Both the position numbers and the translations under genes were made by a program. A stretch of DNA of 64,000 bases, taken from assembly GCA_045580165.1 (NCBI GenBank), contig JAZNNG010000081.1:9979-73978 (forward strand), given 5' to 3'. The notes below the pieces were generated by a model, which had not been told where the DNA came from, ran no database searches, and saw nothing but the letters and a program-made list of their open reading frames with translations. Each line of letters opens with the position of its first letter. The stretch's first letter is position 1. Of the stretch, positions 47,358 through 56,723 are shown one piece after another. This DNA is from Eubacteriales bacterium. GTDB taxonomy: Bacteria > Bacillota > Clostridia > Oscillospirales > CAG-272.

Positions 47358-47987
47358 TCACTCAAACATTGCTTTTTCTATGTTGGCGCAAAGATAGTGA
47401 TATACCGGCAGGTGAAGCTCCTGAACGAGAAACGTATCGCGTTTCGGAATCCTTACGGTAACGTCGCTTATTTCCGAAAGCTTACTTTCGGATTTACCGG
47501 TGAACGATAGCACCTTTATTCCCTTTGCCTTTGCAACCTTGGCTGCGTTTACCACGTTTGCGGAGTTGCCCGAGGTCGACAAGCACCATAGCATATCGTT
47601 TTTTTGGGCATAGCCGTAGACGAGCTGAGCATACATCATATCTGCCGCGTTGTCGTTTGCAAATGCCGTGAGAATAGACGATTGACTGACAAGTGATATT
47701 GCCGGAAGCGCGCCCTCCAAATGCTCGCTCAGATATTCAGCATCCGAGTATCCGAGCTCCTTGAGAGCAGACCTGAGCTTTCCGTCAGTCTTTCTCTTTA
47801 ACATAAAATTCTTCATAAGCTCGCCTACGATATGCTCAGCATCAGCCGCACTTCCGCCGTTTCCGCAAACAAGCACCTTACCGCCGTTTTTATAGGTAGT
47901 GGCAAGCATATAAAACGCATTTTCTATATCCTCCTTGCATACCGCAAGCTCCGGATATCTTTTGAACAATTCATCCATATCTCTCAC
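47358..47987 (-). CDS. SIS-domain sugar-phosphate isomerase (GmhA-like)
   Basis: VCGNGGSAADAEHIVGELMK and STSGNSANV SIS motifs. The start is a GTG overlapping the ROK stop, or the ATG at 47978. Confidence 0.75.
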   Translation of the reverse strand: MRDMDELFKRYPELAVCKEDIENAFYMLATTYKNGGKVLVCGNGGSAADAEHIVGELMKNFMLKRKTDGKLRSALKELGYSDAEYLSEHLEGALPAISLVSQSSILTAFANDNAADMMYAQLVYGYAQKNDMLWCLSTSGNSANVVNAAKVAKAKGIKVLSFTGKSESKLSEISDVTVRIPKRDTFLVQELHLPVYHYLCANIEKAMFE

Positions 47988-48934
47988 CTTTCCGACAAGG
48001 TTGACGCTACTGCAAGCGCTGCCCAGTCTCCGATATTATTTCCAAGCTTTGCAGGAACTATTCTGCACACCTCTCGCGCATATTTAAGAGCCTCTCTCTC
48101 TATCGCCTTCTCCATCTCGGGTCTTATCAGGTTTTCGCTTCTCTCAAAAATGCTTCCTATAACGATACGTTCGGGGTTAAGTATATCAATAAGTAAGGAC
48201 AGTCCTTCACCGAGCTTTTTTCCGCAGAAAGCGTAGACATCTGCGGCATCCTTATTTCCCGCATCTGCAAGATCCGCTATACTTTTAGCGGTGATACCGT
48301 CAAGCTCGGACAAATTCTTGCAGTACGAAGGTCCTTCTCCTGACTGTAATTTTTCAAGTGCCAGCATTTTACCAAGCTCCGCGATACCCGCGCCCGAGCA
48401 GAAGCCCTCAAACGAGCCTGCTTTGCCGAAGCCCACGGGTCCGTATTTTTCAAGTCTGATATGACCGACCTCACCCGCGCATCCGCTTGCGCCCTCGTAA
48501 AGTCTGCCGTTTAGGATAAGTCCTGCTCCAAGTCCCGTGCCGAAGGTTAGAAAAATCATATTTTCAGTACCCCTGCCCGCGCCGAATTTCCATTCAGCAA
48601 GAGCACAAGCGTTCGCGTCGTTCTGAAGCGCCGAAACGGCGCCGTACTTATTCTTCAGATAATCGACTATCTCAACGTCAAGCCAACCGTGAAGATTGGG
48701 CGGCGCGATTATCACTCCGCGCGCTGAGTCGAGAGGTCCGCCGCAGGAGATTCCGATAACCGACACGTCATCCGTCATCTCTCGCGCAAGAGCGTACATT
48801 TTGTCTATCATAACGTATGGATCAGTGCCCTTTTGGGTGGGAATCACTCTTTTGTCACGAATAACAAATTTCCCGTTTTCCGATTCTCCGAAGCAAACCG
48901 AGCATTTCGTTCCGCCTATATCAAAGCCTATCAC
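47984..48934 (-). CDS. ROK-family sugar kinase
   Basis: Start taken at GTG 48934 (GGGAGGG RBS; GTGA overlap with the GH2 stop). IGFDIGGTK ATP motif. ROK signature region GRLYEGASGCAGEVGH. Confidence 0.8.
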   Translation of the reverse strand: MIGFDIGGTKCSVCFGESENGKFVIRDKRVIPTQKGTDPYVMIDKMYALAREMTDDVSVIGISCGGPLDSARGVIIAPPNLHGWLDVEIVDYLKNKYGAVSALQNDANACALAEWKFGAGRGTENMIFLTFGTGLGAGLILNGRLYEGASGCAGEVGHIRLEKYGPVGFGKAGSFEGFCSGAGIAELGKMLALEKLQSGEGPSYCKNLSELDGITAKSIADLADAGNKDAADVYAFCGKKLGEGLSLLIDILNPERIVIGSIFERSENLIRPEMEKAIEREALKYAREVCRIVPAKLGNNIGDWAALAVASTLSER

Positions 48935-51231
48935 TTTATTCCCTCCCAAGCGGAGAACTCATCGTATCCGCATTTTGTCATATCGCGTATATACGATTCG
49001 TAGTCAATGTCAATTATGTTAGTAAAATAGTGGTTTGTGTATTCTATGCCCTTGACACGCCACTTTATAAGATAGAATTTCTTTTCTCCGTCCGCAATTT
49101 CAAGCGAATCAAGCTTAATTACGTTCTGTGCCGATGCCGTGCATTTACCCGACAGGCAGACTGCGTTATCTGTTATATTTATTACCTCGTATTCAATGCT
49201 TACGTTCTCCGAGGTATCGTTATCGGCGTAAAGGTGAATTTTACCGTTCACGGGCTCGTCGAACATAAGACAAACGGGGGTCTGAGAGCGTTTTATGTAG
49301 TAATACGCAAGCTTTTTATCAAAATAGTAGTCAACCACCGCGTCGGAGACCTGCGGCCAACCGTCTATCATATTCCACCATATAATACCCGTCTTTTGCC
49401 ATCTGCGGATTCTCACTCTTTCGATAAAATACTTCATCGCCTCCGCCTGAGATATCTGACTCTGACGCACGAAATCCGCAAGCTTGTCCTCTGCCTTGCC
49501 GAAAAGCGTCTTTACCTGATTTACCGCAAGCGGAATCCTGTACGCCCAAGGTGCGTTATGCACAGACTGAGGATTTGCAGAGTGTACTATGTATTCGGGG
49601 GTTACCCAGCCGTTATCGAGAAAAAGCTTATCGGGAGTTTCCAAAAATTTACCGAGCGAGTCAACCGACGGGAAGCCGTGGTATCCCACCTCGCTTGCAA
49701 ATATACACTTTGTGTTTTTATAATAATCACCCTTGAAATAGTCGCGGGGTCCCCAAGTATGATCCTCAACGAGAGGAAGGTCATTCTTATGCGCCTCGGG
49801 ACTGATGTAGGGAGAGCTTGGCAGATACGGTCTTGTAAAATCGTGGTCAAAAAGGAGACTTGGAATAAGCTTTCTCGTCACAGTCGCCTCGTTTGGATCA
49901 CGCTTAAAGCACCCCTTGTCTCTGCAAAGCAGGTCACATTCGTTATCGCCTGCCCATATCACGAGCGAGGGATGATTCCTGTATTTTTTGATGACGTAAA
50001 GCGCTTCCTCCTCGAATTTATCAAGGAAGACCTTATCACGTGGATACACGGCGCAAGCCATCGCAAAGTCCTGCCACACCATAACGCCGTTTTTGTCGCA
50101 AAGCTTAAAGAAATCCTCGGATTCGTACACATTTCCGCCCCAACATCTTATCATATTGCAGCCAACGTGAAGAACAAGCTCGAAGGCTTTCTCGAGTCTC
50201 ATTGCAAAGCGTGCGGGAAGCGCATCAAGCGGCACCCAGTTAGTTCCCATTACAAAAACTCTTTTACCGTTTACTATAAAGCAGAATTTTCCGCCGTTTC
50301 CGTCACTGTCAAGCTCTTCCCTTTCAAGCTTTACGGTTCTGAAGCCAAAATCGAGGTGCTTGGTATCCTTGACCTCGCCCTTGTAAAGAAGCTCTACCGT
50401 AACGTCATAGATATTCGGCTCGGCTATATTCCTCGGCCACCAGAGGTACACGTTTCCGACTCTGAAGTTGACGAATCCGCTTGTGTGCCACAGTCTTGAG
50501 TTATTGACAAACTCCCGGTCACGACACTTACCCGTCGTTCTTATGCTGTAATCTCCGATATCATCCTCGGATATTTCAATATTAATATTTATAGAGAGGT
50601 CAGCGGTGTTGTTTTCAAGGCTTATATTCGTTGTGTGAAGGAACATATCCTTGATATGATCGCTCTTTTTCTCTCTTATCTCAACGGGCTTATAAATTCC
50701 TGCCGATACTGTCCTGGGCATAATGTCCCAACCAAACATATACGGCGCTTTGCGTATATAGGTTGCAGGATATCCGTACATTCCTCCGTTACAGGCTGCG
50801 GGAAGCTCGTACCTTCTTCCCTCGATAACGGTAGGCTTGATATGCACTACAAGCTCGTTTTTGCCTACCTTAATATTGTCAAAAACGTCGCAGGGTAAAA
50901 ACATATTGTCATGTGATGCAGAAAGCACGCCGTTAACGTAAATATCGGCAACTGTGTCTATTCCTTCAAAATGAACGTACTCGTTTTCATTATTAGCATC
51001 AAACTCGGTATAGTACCAGAAGTGGCAGGTCTCGTATTTCTGCACCTCGAGAGTGTTTGTTGAGAAATATATATCAGGTAGTATCTTCTCCCTCATAAAA
51101 TCCAACTCAAAGCTACCGGGTACCGTCGCATCCATAGTAACAAAGCCCGACGCTTCAATATCGCAAACGGTAGTTATCCGTTTATCGCGGCAATCCTTAT
51201 TCTCTGCAAAAGCAAGCTTCCATTTAAGCAT
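48931..51231 (-). CDS. glycoside hydrolase family 2, beta-mannosidase-like, cytoplasmic
   Basis: NMIRCWGGNVYESEDFFKLCDKNGVMVWQDFAMACAVYP and VIWAGDNE are typical of GH2 beta-mannosidases. No signal peptide. Confidence 0.75.
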   Translation of the reverse strand: MLKWKLAFAENKDCRDKRITTVCDIEASGFVTMDATVPGSFELDFMREKILPDIYFSTNTLEVQKYETCHFWYYTEFDANNENEYVHFEGIDTVADIYVNGVLSASHDNMFLPCDVFDNIKVGKNELVVHIKPTVIEGRRYELPAACNGGMYGYPATYIRKAPYMFGWDIMPRTVSAGIYKPVEIREKKSDHIKDMFLHTTNISLENNTADLSININIEISEDDIGDYSIRTTGKCRDREFVNNSRLWHTSGFVNFRVGNVYLWWPRNIAEPNIYDVTVELLYKGEVKDTKHLDFGFRTVKLEREELDSDGNGGKFCFIVNGKRVFVMGTNWVPLDALPARFAMRLEKAFELVLHVGCNMIRCWGGNVYESEDFFKLCDKNGVMVWQDFAMACAVYPRDKVFLDKFEEEALYVIKKYRNHPSLVIWAGDNECDLLCRDKGCFKRDPNEATVTRKLIPSLLFDHDFTRPYLPSSPYISPEAHKNDLPLVEDHTWGPRDYFKGDYYKNTKCIFASEVGYHGFPSVDSLGKFLETPDKLFLDNGWVTPEYIVHSANPQSVHNAPWAYRIPLAVNQVKTLFGKAEDKLADFVRQSQISQAEAMKYFIERVRIRRWQKTGIIWWNMIDGWPQVSDAVVDYYFDKKLAYYYIKRSQTPVCLMFDEPVNGKIHLYADNDTSENVSIEYEVINITDNAVCLSGKCTASAQNVIKLDSLEIADGEKKFYLIKWRVKGIEYTNHYFTNIIDIDYESYIRDMTKCGYDEFSAWEGIK

Positions 51232-51343
51232 AAGCTACCTCCGTTTCGCTTTCTAAGTTAAGTATATCACAGATAAAAACTATTGAAAATCATATAAATC
51301 TATGGTATAATTAAGAAAATCAACGATTTTGGCGGTCAATATT

Positions 51344-52168
51344 ATGAAAAACGGATTTTTGTGCAATATCGAAAACATACCCGAGGAAAATACCATTTTC
51401 AAGAAAAAAAACTTTATTGTCGTAAAGAAGACTATGAAAGCGGGCGAGCCCTTCCCCGTTCATTGGCACGACTATTTTGAATTTGAGATAATTCTGTCGG
51501 GTGAGGGGCGGCATATTTACAACAATAATGCTTATACTCTCACACCCGGTTGCGCGTATCTGATGTGCTACACCGATTTTCACTCTGTCGAGCCGCTTTG
51601 CGACCTTGAGCTTATAAACGTGCGCTTTAACGAATCAATGCTCGACCCTGCACTACTTTCCGCTATCAGAATCGGAGGTAAGTTCAACTGCAGGTTTGAC
51701 AAAGCAGAGTCGGAGGCGGTCATCAACAAGCTGACTGCGCTTTCGATAGAAGCGGTTAACAGTATGCCTTTTTCGCACCTTGTGACGTCAAGTCTTATAA
51801 ACGAAATAGTAATTGAAATAGTCAGAAAATGCGGCTCTCACAAAGCGGCCGCAAGTAAAACACCCGTTCAAAGGGCTATATATTATATATATGAAAACTT
51901 CCGTGAGCCGCTGAGCCTCGACATCCTCTCAAAAAAGCTATCTCTTTCAAAAAACCATCTCGGTATGCTTATAAAAAGAGAAACCGGAATGTCATTTAAC
52001 GAATACTTAAGCTCGGTAAGGCTAAAGTGCGCCTGCGACCTTTTGAAAACAACGAATATGACGGTCAAGGAAATTGCTTTTGCCTCGGGATATGGCTCGG
52101 TGGAGTATTTTCTTTACATATTCAAGCAAAGGCTCAAGACCACGCCGACAAAATACAGAAGCATATAA
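51344..52168 (+). CDS. AraC-family transcriptional regulator (cupin N-terminus)
   Basis: ATG at 51344; the track start at 51329 is a TTG. HWHDYFEFEIILSG cupin and C-terminal HTH YFLYIFKQRLKTTPTKYR. Divergent from the GH2 operon. Confidence 0.8.
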   Translation: MKNGFLCNIENIPEENTIFKKKNFIVVKKTMKAGEPFPVHWHDYFEFEIILSGEGRHIYNNNAYTLTPGCAYLMCYTDFHSVEPLCDLELINVRFNESMLDPALLSAIRIGGKFNCRFDKAESEAVINKLTALSIEAVNSMPFSHLVTSSLINEIVIEIVRKCGSHKAAASKTPVQRAIYYIYENFREPLSLDILSKKLSLSKNHLGMLIKRETGMSFNEYLSSVRLKCACDLLKTTNMTVKEIAFASGYGSVEYFLYIFKQRLKTTPTKYRSI

Positions 52169-52208
52169 AAACAGACGGAGGAAAACGGTTTTCCTCCGTC
52201 TGTTTTTA
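52167..52208 (+). terminator. rho-independent terminator
   Basis: acagacggaggaaaac / gttttcctccgtctgt long stem, then TTTTT. Confidence 0.8.
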
Positions 52209-52310
52209 TAAAATCCACAAGACAAAAATCGTCAAAATCAGCCATTTCCCATTCGTCATATTGCACAAACGCAAAATGCTCGTGTGGAGAAATTTTGGTT
52301 TTATTGCGTG

Positions 52311-52339
52311 TTGAAATGACTTTATATATTTGTTACAAT
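52311..52339 (+). promoter_or_regulatory. sigma-A promoter upstream of mrnC
   Basis: TTGAAA (52311-52316), 17-nt spacer, TACAAT (52334-52339). Confidence 0.45.
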
Positions 52340-52434
52340 GGGTTTGCCTGCCCTATTTGTCCATTATTACAGGGGATTTCGGGCTTTGTGCAAATTAACA
52401 ACAGTATTTTTTAGTATTGGAGTAAGCACCGCTT

Positions 52435-52836
52435 ATGTCGAACAACGAGCAGTATAAAGAGATGAACGGCATTGCCCTCGCCTACCTCGGCGACTGTGTT
52501 CTGGAGCTTGAGGTAAGACGCTTTCTTTTGTCGCTCGGTATGTATGAAAGCGCCGCACTTAACCGTCACGCGCTTTACTTTGTACGCGCTTCTGCGCAGA
52601 GCAAGGCGTTTGAAAGAATTGAGTCTCTCCTTAATGAGGATGAGCTTGCTTATTACAAGCGCGGCAGGAACACTCACACCGCAAAGACTCCCAAGAGCGC
52701 ATCTCCTGTTGAATACAGGCGCGCTACGGGCTTTGAAGCCCTGTTTGGCTATCTTTACCTTTCGGGAAATCAAAATCGCGTAGAGGAGCTTTTTGAGCTT
52801 GCATACGCAGACGTGATCGATTCCCTCAAGGGGTAA
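52435..52836 (+). CDS. mrnC: Mini-ribonuclease 3
   Basis: LAYLGDCVLELEVRRFL RNase III signature, RGRN, and YRRATGFEALFGYLYL. 133 aa. Confidence 0.85.
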   Translation: MSNNEQYKEMNGIALAYLGDCVLELEVRRFLLSLGMYESAALNRHALYFVRASAQSKAFERIESLLNEDELAYYKRGRNTHTAKTPKSASPVEYRRATGFEALFGYLYLSGNQNRVEELFELAYADVIDSLKG

Positions 52837-52840
52837 AACA

Positions 52841-52865
52841 AAAGGAGAGCCTTCGCTCTCCCTTT
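52841..52865. terminator. bidirectional hairpin terminator
   Basis: ggagagc / gctctcc stem with a 4-nt loop, between convergent genes. Confidence 0.6.
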
Positions 52866-52879
52866 GATCGTAGTATTAA

Positions 52880-53857
52880 TTACTTTGCGGTACTTACCGT
52901 GATCTTATCGTAAATTTCGGTAAGCTTTACCTCTTCCGTATACTTCTTTGCAAATTCGTCAATGTAATTGTAGAAATCAGCCTGAAGATAATCGGATGCA
53001 AGTGCTACGTAGTTTTTATTGATGTAATCCTCGCTCTTTTCGAGTCTGCGGATTATGTGGTAGCCGTAATCGGACTTAACGAGGTCGCTCGTTTCTCCAA
53101 CCTCAAGTGCAAAGCTTGCCTCCTCAAAGGATTCAACCATCATACCGTAAGTAAAGCAATATCCTTCGGTATTACCGATCATTCCGCTATCCTCTGCACT
53201 CTGTGCAAGATTATAGAATTCCTCGTCGGTTGCATTCTTCGCTTCCTCGAGAATACCCTGTGCGGTTGCTTCGTCGGCGTAGAGAATGTGCATAACGCGA
53301 ACGTATTCGTCGGAATTGAGCTTCTCCTTTACCTCGGATTCCTTACCGAGCACATCGTTTTCTATAACGTACTCGTAAAGCTCACTTTCAAGAGAAATAA
53401 CGTCGCTTATTCTTTTGAAAAGATCAAGCGTGAAGTAGCTCTGCTCAAGCATCGTGCCGAATTCTTCTTCGCCGTATGCTTCGATGTAGCTATCAACGAG
53501 TGCCTGTGTTTCAGCCTTTGCTTCATCAGAAAGTGTTACGCCGTTTTCTTCGGCAGCCGCTTCGATAGCGTAAAGCTGAGAGATGGAATAAAGAACGTCT
53601 TCCTTAAGCTTTGCTTCAGCATCGGGATTTGTCGTCCAGTATGTTTCATCTCCGTTATCCATACTAAGCTTGGTGTTGAGATAGAAGTATCTGTATTCTT
53701 CATAGTTTACGGCGTTGTCGCCAAAGTTCAAAACGATATCTTCATTACTGATTTCAACCGTTTCACCCTGCTCCGTCTCGGTGCAAGCGGCAAGAGATGC
53801 AACGCATACAATTGCAAGAACAAGCGCAAGGATTTTTTTAAGATTCAAACCTTTCAT
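52880..53857 (-). CDS. PrsA-like lipoprotein peptidyl-prolyl isomerase (parvulin type)
   Basis: Lipobox LAAC. Parvulin core VRVMHILYAD...MVESFEEASFALEVGETSDLVKSDYGYHIIRR. Confidence 0.78.
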   Translation of the reverse strand: MKGLNLKKILALVLAIVCVASLAACTETEQGETVEISNEDIVLNFGDNAVNYEEYRYFYLNTKLSMDNGDETYWTTNPDAEAKLKEDVLYSISQLYAIEAAAEENGVTLSDEAKAETQALVDSYIEAYGEEEFGTMLEQSYFTLDLFKRISDVISLESELYEYVIENDVLGKESEVKEKLNSDEYVRVMHILYADEATAQGILEEAKNATDEEFYNLAQSAEDSGMIGNTEGYCFTYGMMVESFEEASFALEVGETSDLVKSDYGYHIIRRLEKSEDYINKNYVALASDYLQADFYNYIDEFAKKYTEEVKLTEIYDKITVSTAK

Positions 53858-54034
53858 TAAAAAGTCCTCCCGGGAATTATCCCATTTTCTTTATACACAA
53901 CAAGGCGCATAATCCGACCTCGTCGGTTTGAATATAATTATATCCCATACTATTATTAAAGTCAATACAAATAAAGATTATTTCACACAGAATTCACTAT
54001 TTTGAGGCTCAGAATTGAGAAGAAAGGAAAAGCT

Positions 54035-54856
54035 ATGGCGGCCATAAAGCGTTCATTCTATATCGTGCTGGCAGTACTCGCGATCTTGCTTACAGTTCCC
54101 TTCATTACCTCGTTTGAATTCTACGGAAGCAATATGGCAAGCGTTACAAAATCAACCGAGCTTGCCGCAGAGATCCTGCTTACAAGGTCACAGACTCCCG
54201 ACATAAAGGCAGCAGACAGCTTTGGAAACGTTCACGCTCTGTCACAAACGAGTCACTCGGGCTCGTCAAGCTCAGACGTTATGGCTCCCGAGGAGGCTCT
54301 CGGCGACGTTCCGTACAGCACGACCTTCAATATTGCGGTTAACTACACTAACCCCGTAGAGATAACGGAAGCGGAAAAAATTATGATCGCGGCAACCGTT
54401 CAGCTTGAGGTTGTCGGTAAATACTCCAAGATCTATCAGTTTGAAAATCCCGACCTCAAGTACTACGAAATGCTCGCAGTTGCACAGATCATCAGAAACC
54501 GTATGGGTAATCCCTATTTCCCCTCGACTCCCGCAGAGATAATTCACCACAAGATGTATAAGGACGGAGCGCTTCTCTATCAGTTCGCAACCTCTCCGGA
54601 GGTTTCAAGCACCACTCCCTCCGAAGCGGCTCTTGCTGCGGTAGAGGAGGTATTCACCGAAGGTGCTTCGGTTCTCCCCGACGATTACGTTTATTTCTGC
54701 GCCACATGGCGTGAAAGCGGATTTGAAATGAACAACTCCCCCGTACTCAAGTTTGTAGGAACTGCCGACGACTACGACAAGATAGTTGCAGATGCCACTA
54801 CCTTCTACGCGGGCGTTACGATGAAGGACAACATCGCTCATAATTACGTTTATTAA
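54035..54856 (+). CDS. SleB-family (Hydrolase_2) cell-wall hydrolase domain protein with an N-terminal TM anchor
   Basis: ATG at 54035; the track start is a TTG at 54002. TM helix FYIVLAVLAILLTVPFI. C-terminal LAVAQIIRNRMGNPYFPSTPAEIIHHKMYKDGALLYQFAT resembles the SleB/CwlJ catalytic domain. Confidence 0.65.
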   Translation: MAAIKRSFYIVLAVLAILLTVPFITSFEFYGSNMASVTKSTELAAEILLTRSQTPDIKAADSFGNVHALSQTSHSGSSSSDVMAPEEALGDVPYSTTFNIAVNYTNPVEITEAEKIMIAATVQLEVVGKYSKIYQFENPDLKYYEMLAVAQIIRNRMGNPYFPSTPAEIIHHKMYKDGALLYQFATSPEVSSTTPSEAALAAVEEVFTEGASVLPDDYVYFCATWRESGFEMNNSPVLKFVGTADDYDKIVADATTFYAGVTMKDNIAHNYVY

Positions 54857-54902
54857 ACAAAAACGCGAAAGCAAAAGCTTCGGATTCTTAAGGACAGTTT
54901 TT
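54856..54902 (+). repeat. left copy of a ~47-bp inverted repeat
   Basis: aaacaaaaacgcgaaagcaaaagcttcggattcttaaggacagtttt matches the reverse complement of 56084-56130 at 40 of 47 positions by my hand alignment. The first 18 nt are identical. Confidence 0.8.
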
Positions 54903-54941
54903 ACAATAACGTAACAGAAAGACAAACGGTTACAGCCAGAG

Positions 54942-55070
54942 GCTCCCTTGTATAAAGGGAGCTGTCAGCGAAGCTGACTGAGGGATTGTTTTTGAACAAA
55001 TTTTAACATTTACAATCCCTCCGTCACGGCTACGCCGTGCCACCTCCCTTTACACAAGGGAGGCTTTTTT
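54942..55070 (+). repeat. multi-hairpin palindromic intergenic element (five hairpins, globally symmetric), ending in a terminator-like hairpin plus T-run
   Basis: H1 gctccctt/aagggagc (54942-54962). H2 gtcagc/gctgac (54964-54978). H3 gagggattgt/acaatccctc (54980-55021). H4 cacggc/gccgtg (55025-55039). H5 cctccctt/aagggagg then CTTTTTT (55043-55070). H1 and H5 are near-identical in inverted orientation. Confidence 0.8.
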
Positions 55071-55222
55071 ATCCGCGAGTGCGCACTTACTCACCACTAA
55101 TTGTAGTGATGCAAAGGTTTCAACTGTCAGTAGAAAGAGCTTGTAATGTTCAACAAGTGCGTTATTGACCATGATCTTCTGGTGTGGTATAATATAATTG
55201 CTTCTTAAAGGGGGATATGCTT

Positions 55223-56038
55223 ATGAATATCGGTAAAATAATAACTGACAGGCGCAAATCACTTGCATTGACTCAACAAGCGTTGCCGGAAAAGCTTAAT
55301 ATTTCTTTTCAAGCCGTTTCAAAATGGGAAAATGGTACTTCTTATCCCGATGTTACGATTCTCCCCCTACTTGCTGCTACTCTTAAGGTTTCTATAGACT
55401 CTTTGCTTGGATACTCTTTGCAATCGCTAACCGAATATGACAAACGATATAATATGGAGGGCTATTATTGGGGCTTGTCACCCAACCATCTTTGTTATGA
55501 GATTATGCGTCTCAAACCTCCGATCAGACCGTATAAAGTGCTTGACATAGGGTGCGGTGAAGGTAAGGATGCTGTTTTCCTCGCAAGAAATGGATACAAT
55601 GTAACTGCTTTTGATATTTCGGAACAAGGCTTATCAAAGGCACGTGAGCTTGCCGATCACTGTGGTGTTAAAATAGAATTTTTCAAAGCAGATATCCGTA
55701 ATTTTAGGCTTGGAGCGGATTTTGACATAATTTTTTCGAGCGGAGTATTTCATTATATACCGCAAGAACAACGCAAAAGTGTCATTGACAGTTTGAAGAT
55801 ACACACCGCGGCAAACGGAATAAACGCCATAAATGTTTTTGTTAGAAAACCTTTCATTCCATTACCACCCGATATCGAAGAAAGCGAAATGACCGCAGGA
55901 GATTGGAAATCAGGAGAGCTATTGACGTACTATTACGATTGGTTGTTCAGAAAGAATGAAGAAAGAATTTTTGATTGTAATAGCAGTGGTGTTCCTCATA
56001 AGCATTGTATGGATGTAATAATTGCAGAAAAGATTTAA
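55223..56038 (+). CDS. fusion of an XRE-family HTH domain with a class I SAM-dependent methyltransferase (TehB-like)
   Basis: ATG at 55223 (GGGGG RBS). HTH LTQQALPEKLNISFQAVSKWENGTSYPDVTILPLLAATLKVSIDSLLG. MTase motif I VLDIGCGEGKDAVFLA. Confidence 0.75.
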   Translation: MNIGKIITDRRKSLALTQQALPEKLNISFQAVSKWENGTSYPDVTILPLLAATLKVSIDSLLGYSLQSLTEYDKRYNMEGYYWGLSPNHLCYEIMRLKPPIRPYKVLDIGCGEGKDAVFLARNGYNVTAFDISEQGLSKARELADHCGVKIEFFKADIRNFRLGADFDIIFSSGVFHYIPQEQRKSVIDSLKIHTAANGINAINVFVRKPFIPLPPDIEESEMTAGDWKSGELLTYYYDWLFRKNEERIFDCNSSGVPHKHCMDVIIAEKI

Positions 56039-56043
56039 TACAA

Positions 56044-56080
56044 AAGCCTCGGCAAGAAAATCTTGCCGAGGCTTAATTTT
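56044..56080 (+). terminator. rho-independent terminator
   Basis: aagcctcggcaaga / tcttgccgaggctt 14-bp stem with a 3-nt loop and a T-rich tail. Confidence 0.75.
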
Positions 56081-56083
56081 AAT

Positions 56084-56130
56084 AAAACTGTCCTTTAGCA
56101 CCCGAGGCTAAAGCTTTCGCGTTTTTGTTT
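56084..56130 (-). repeat. right copy of the ~47-bp inverted repeat
   Basis: Inverted partner of the repeat at 54856-54902. Confidence 0.8.
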
Positions 56131-56195
56131 TGTAACCTATCTTAGCAAGTTGAATATACTGTTATCAGATAAAATTTTGCATAAAGGAGATTTTT

Positions 56196-56690
56196 ATGTC
56201 CGATAACAGTTTAAGCTGTATGCTGAATATCCCTTATCCAAAGATCACGGAGTCAAATCTTAACCGCTACGATACGCAGATGATACTGAGGCTTTACGCC
56301 GAAAAGCTTGTTAGCATTCACGACTACATATATTATAATTTGCTTTTTTCCGAATTAAATCCCGAGCTTGCCGATATTTTAGAGTGCATTTCGATTGCCG
56401 AAATGAAGCATTTCAAGCTATACGCCAAGCTTTTACTTCTTTCGGGTATACACCCCGGTTACAAGGCTCTGCTTCCCTACCTCAGAAAAGAGGGACGCGG
56501 TATGTCAAGCACGAACATCGACAATGCGCTTGAAAGGCTTCACGGTGCCGAACAGCTTTCGGCAAGTAACACGAGGTTAGTTTTGTCTCAGGCAAACGAT
56601 ACGTCTGCGGTGCGCGTACTCAAGCGTATAGTCGAGGACGAGGACCACCATGTGAAGATACTTTCAGCACTAAGAAAAAAATATAAGTAA
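56196..56690 (+). CDS. ferritin-like (four-helix-bundle, rubrerythrin/CotJC-like) domain protein
   Basis: AAGGAGA RBS. ECISIAEMKHFKLYAKLL and VEDEDHHVKIL resemble di-iron ExxH motifs. Confidence 0.5.
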   Translation: MSDNSLSCMLNIPYPKITESNLNRYDTQMILRLYAEKLVSIHDYIYYNLLFSELNPELADILECISIAEMKHFKLYAKLLLLSGIHPGYKALLPYLRKEGRGMSSTNIDNALERLHGAEQLSASNTRLVLSQANDTSAVRVLKRIVEDEDHHVKILSALRKKYK

Positions 56691-56719
56691 AAAAGAGACG
56701 GTCAACGACCGTCTCTTTT
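56691..56719. terminator. bidirectional rho-independent terminator
   Basis: aaaagagacggtc / gaccgtctctttt between convergent genes. Confidence 0.8.
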
Positions 56720-56723
56720 GGTT

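Noticed and set aside
49030-50499. 489-aa plus-strand ORF, representative of many long antisense ORFs in the track (including 1789-2784, 4328-5062, 7705-8316, 10545-11318, 12778-13818, 16627-17331, 20172-20909, 26654-27394, 36434-37237, 42096-42593, 46208-46966, 53057-53860, 60473-61108)
   Set aside because: Each lies entirely inside a well-supported gene on the other strand. They have Arg/Cys/Leu/Ser-skewed composition typical of antisense frames, and they lack RBSs and family motifs.
54856-56130. Inverted-repeat-bounded segment considered as an insertion sequence
   Set aside because: No transposase or recombinase ORF lies inside, and no target-site duplication is visible at the junctions. 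It is kept only as a possible non-autonomous cassette.
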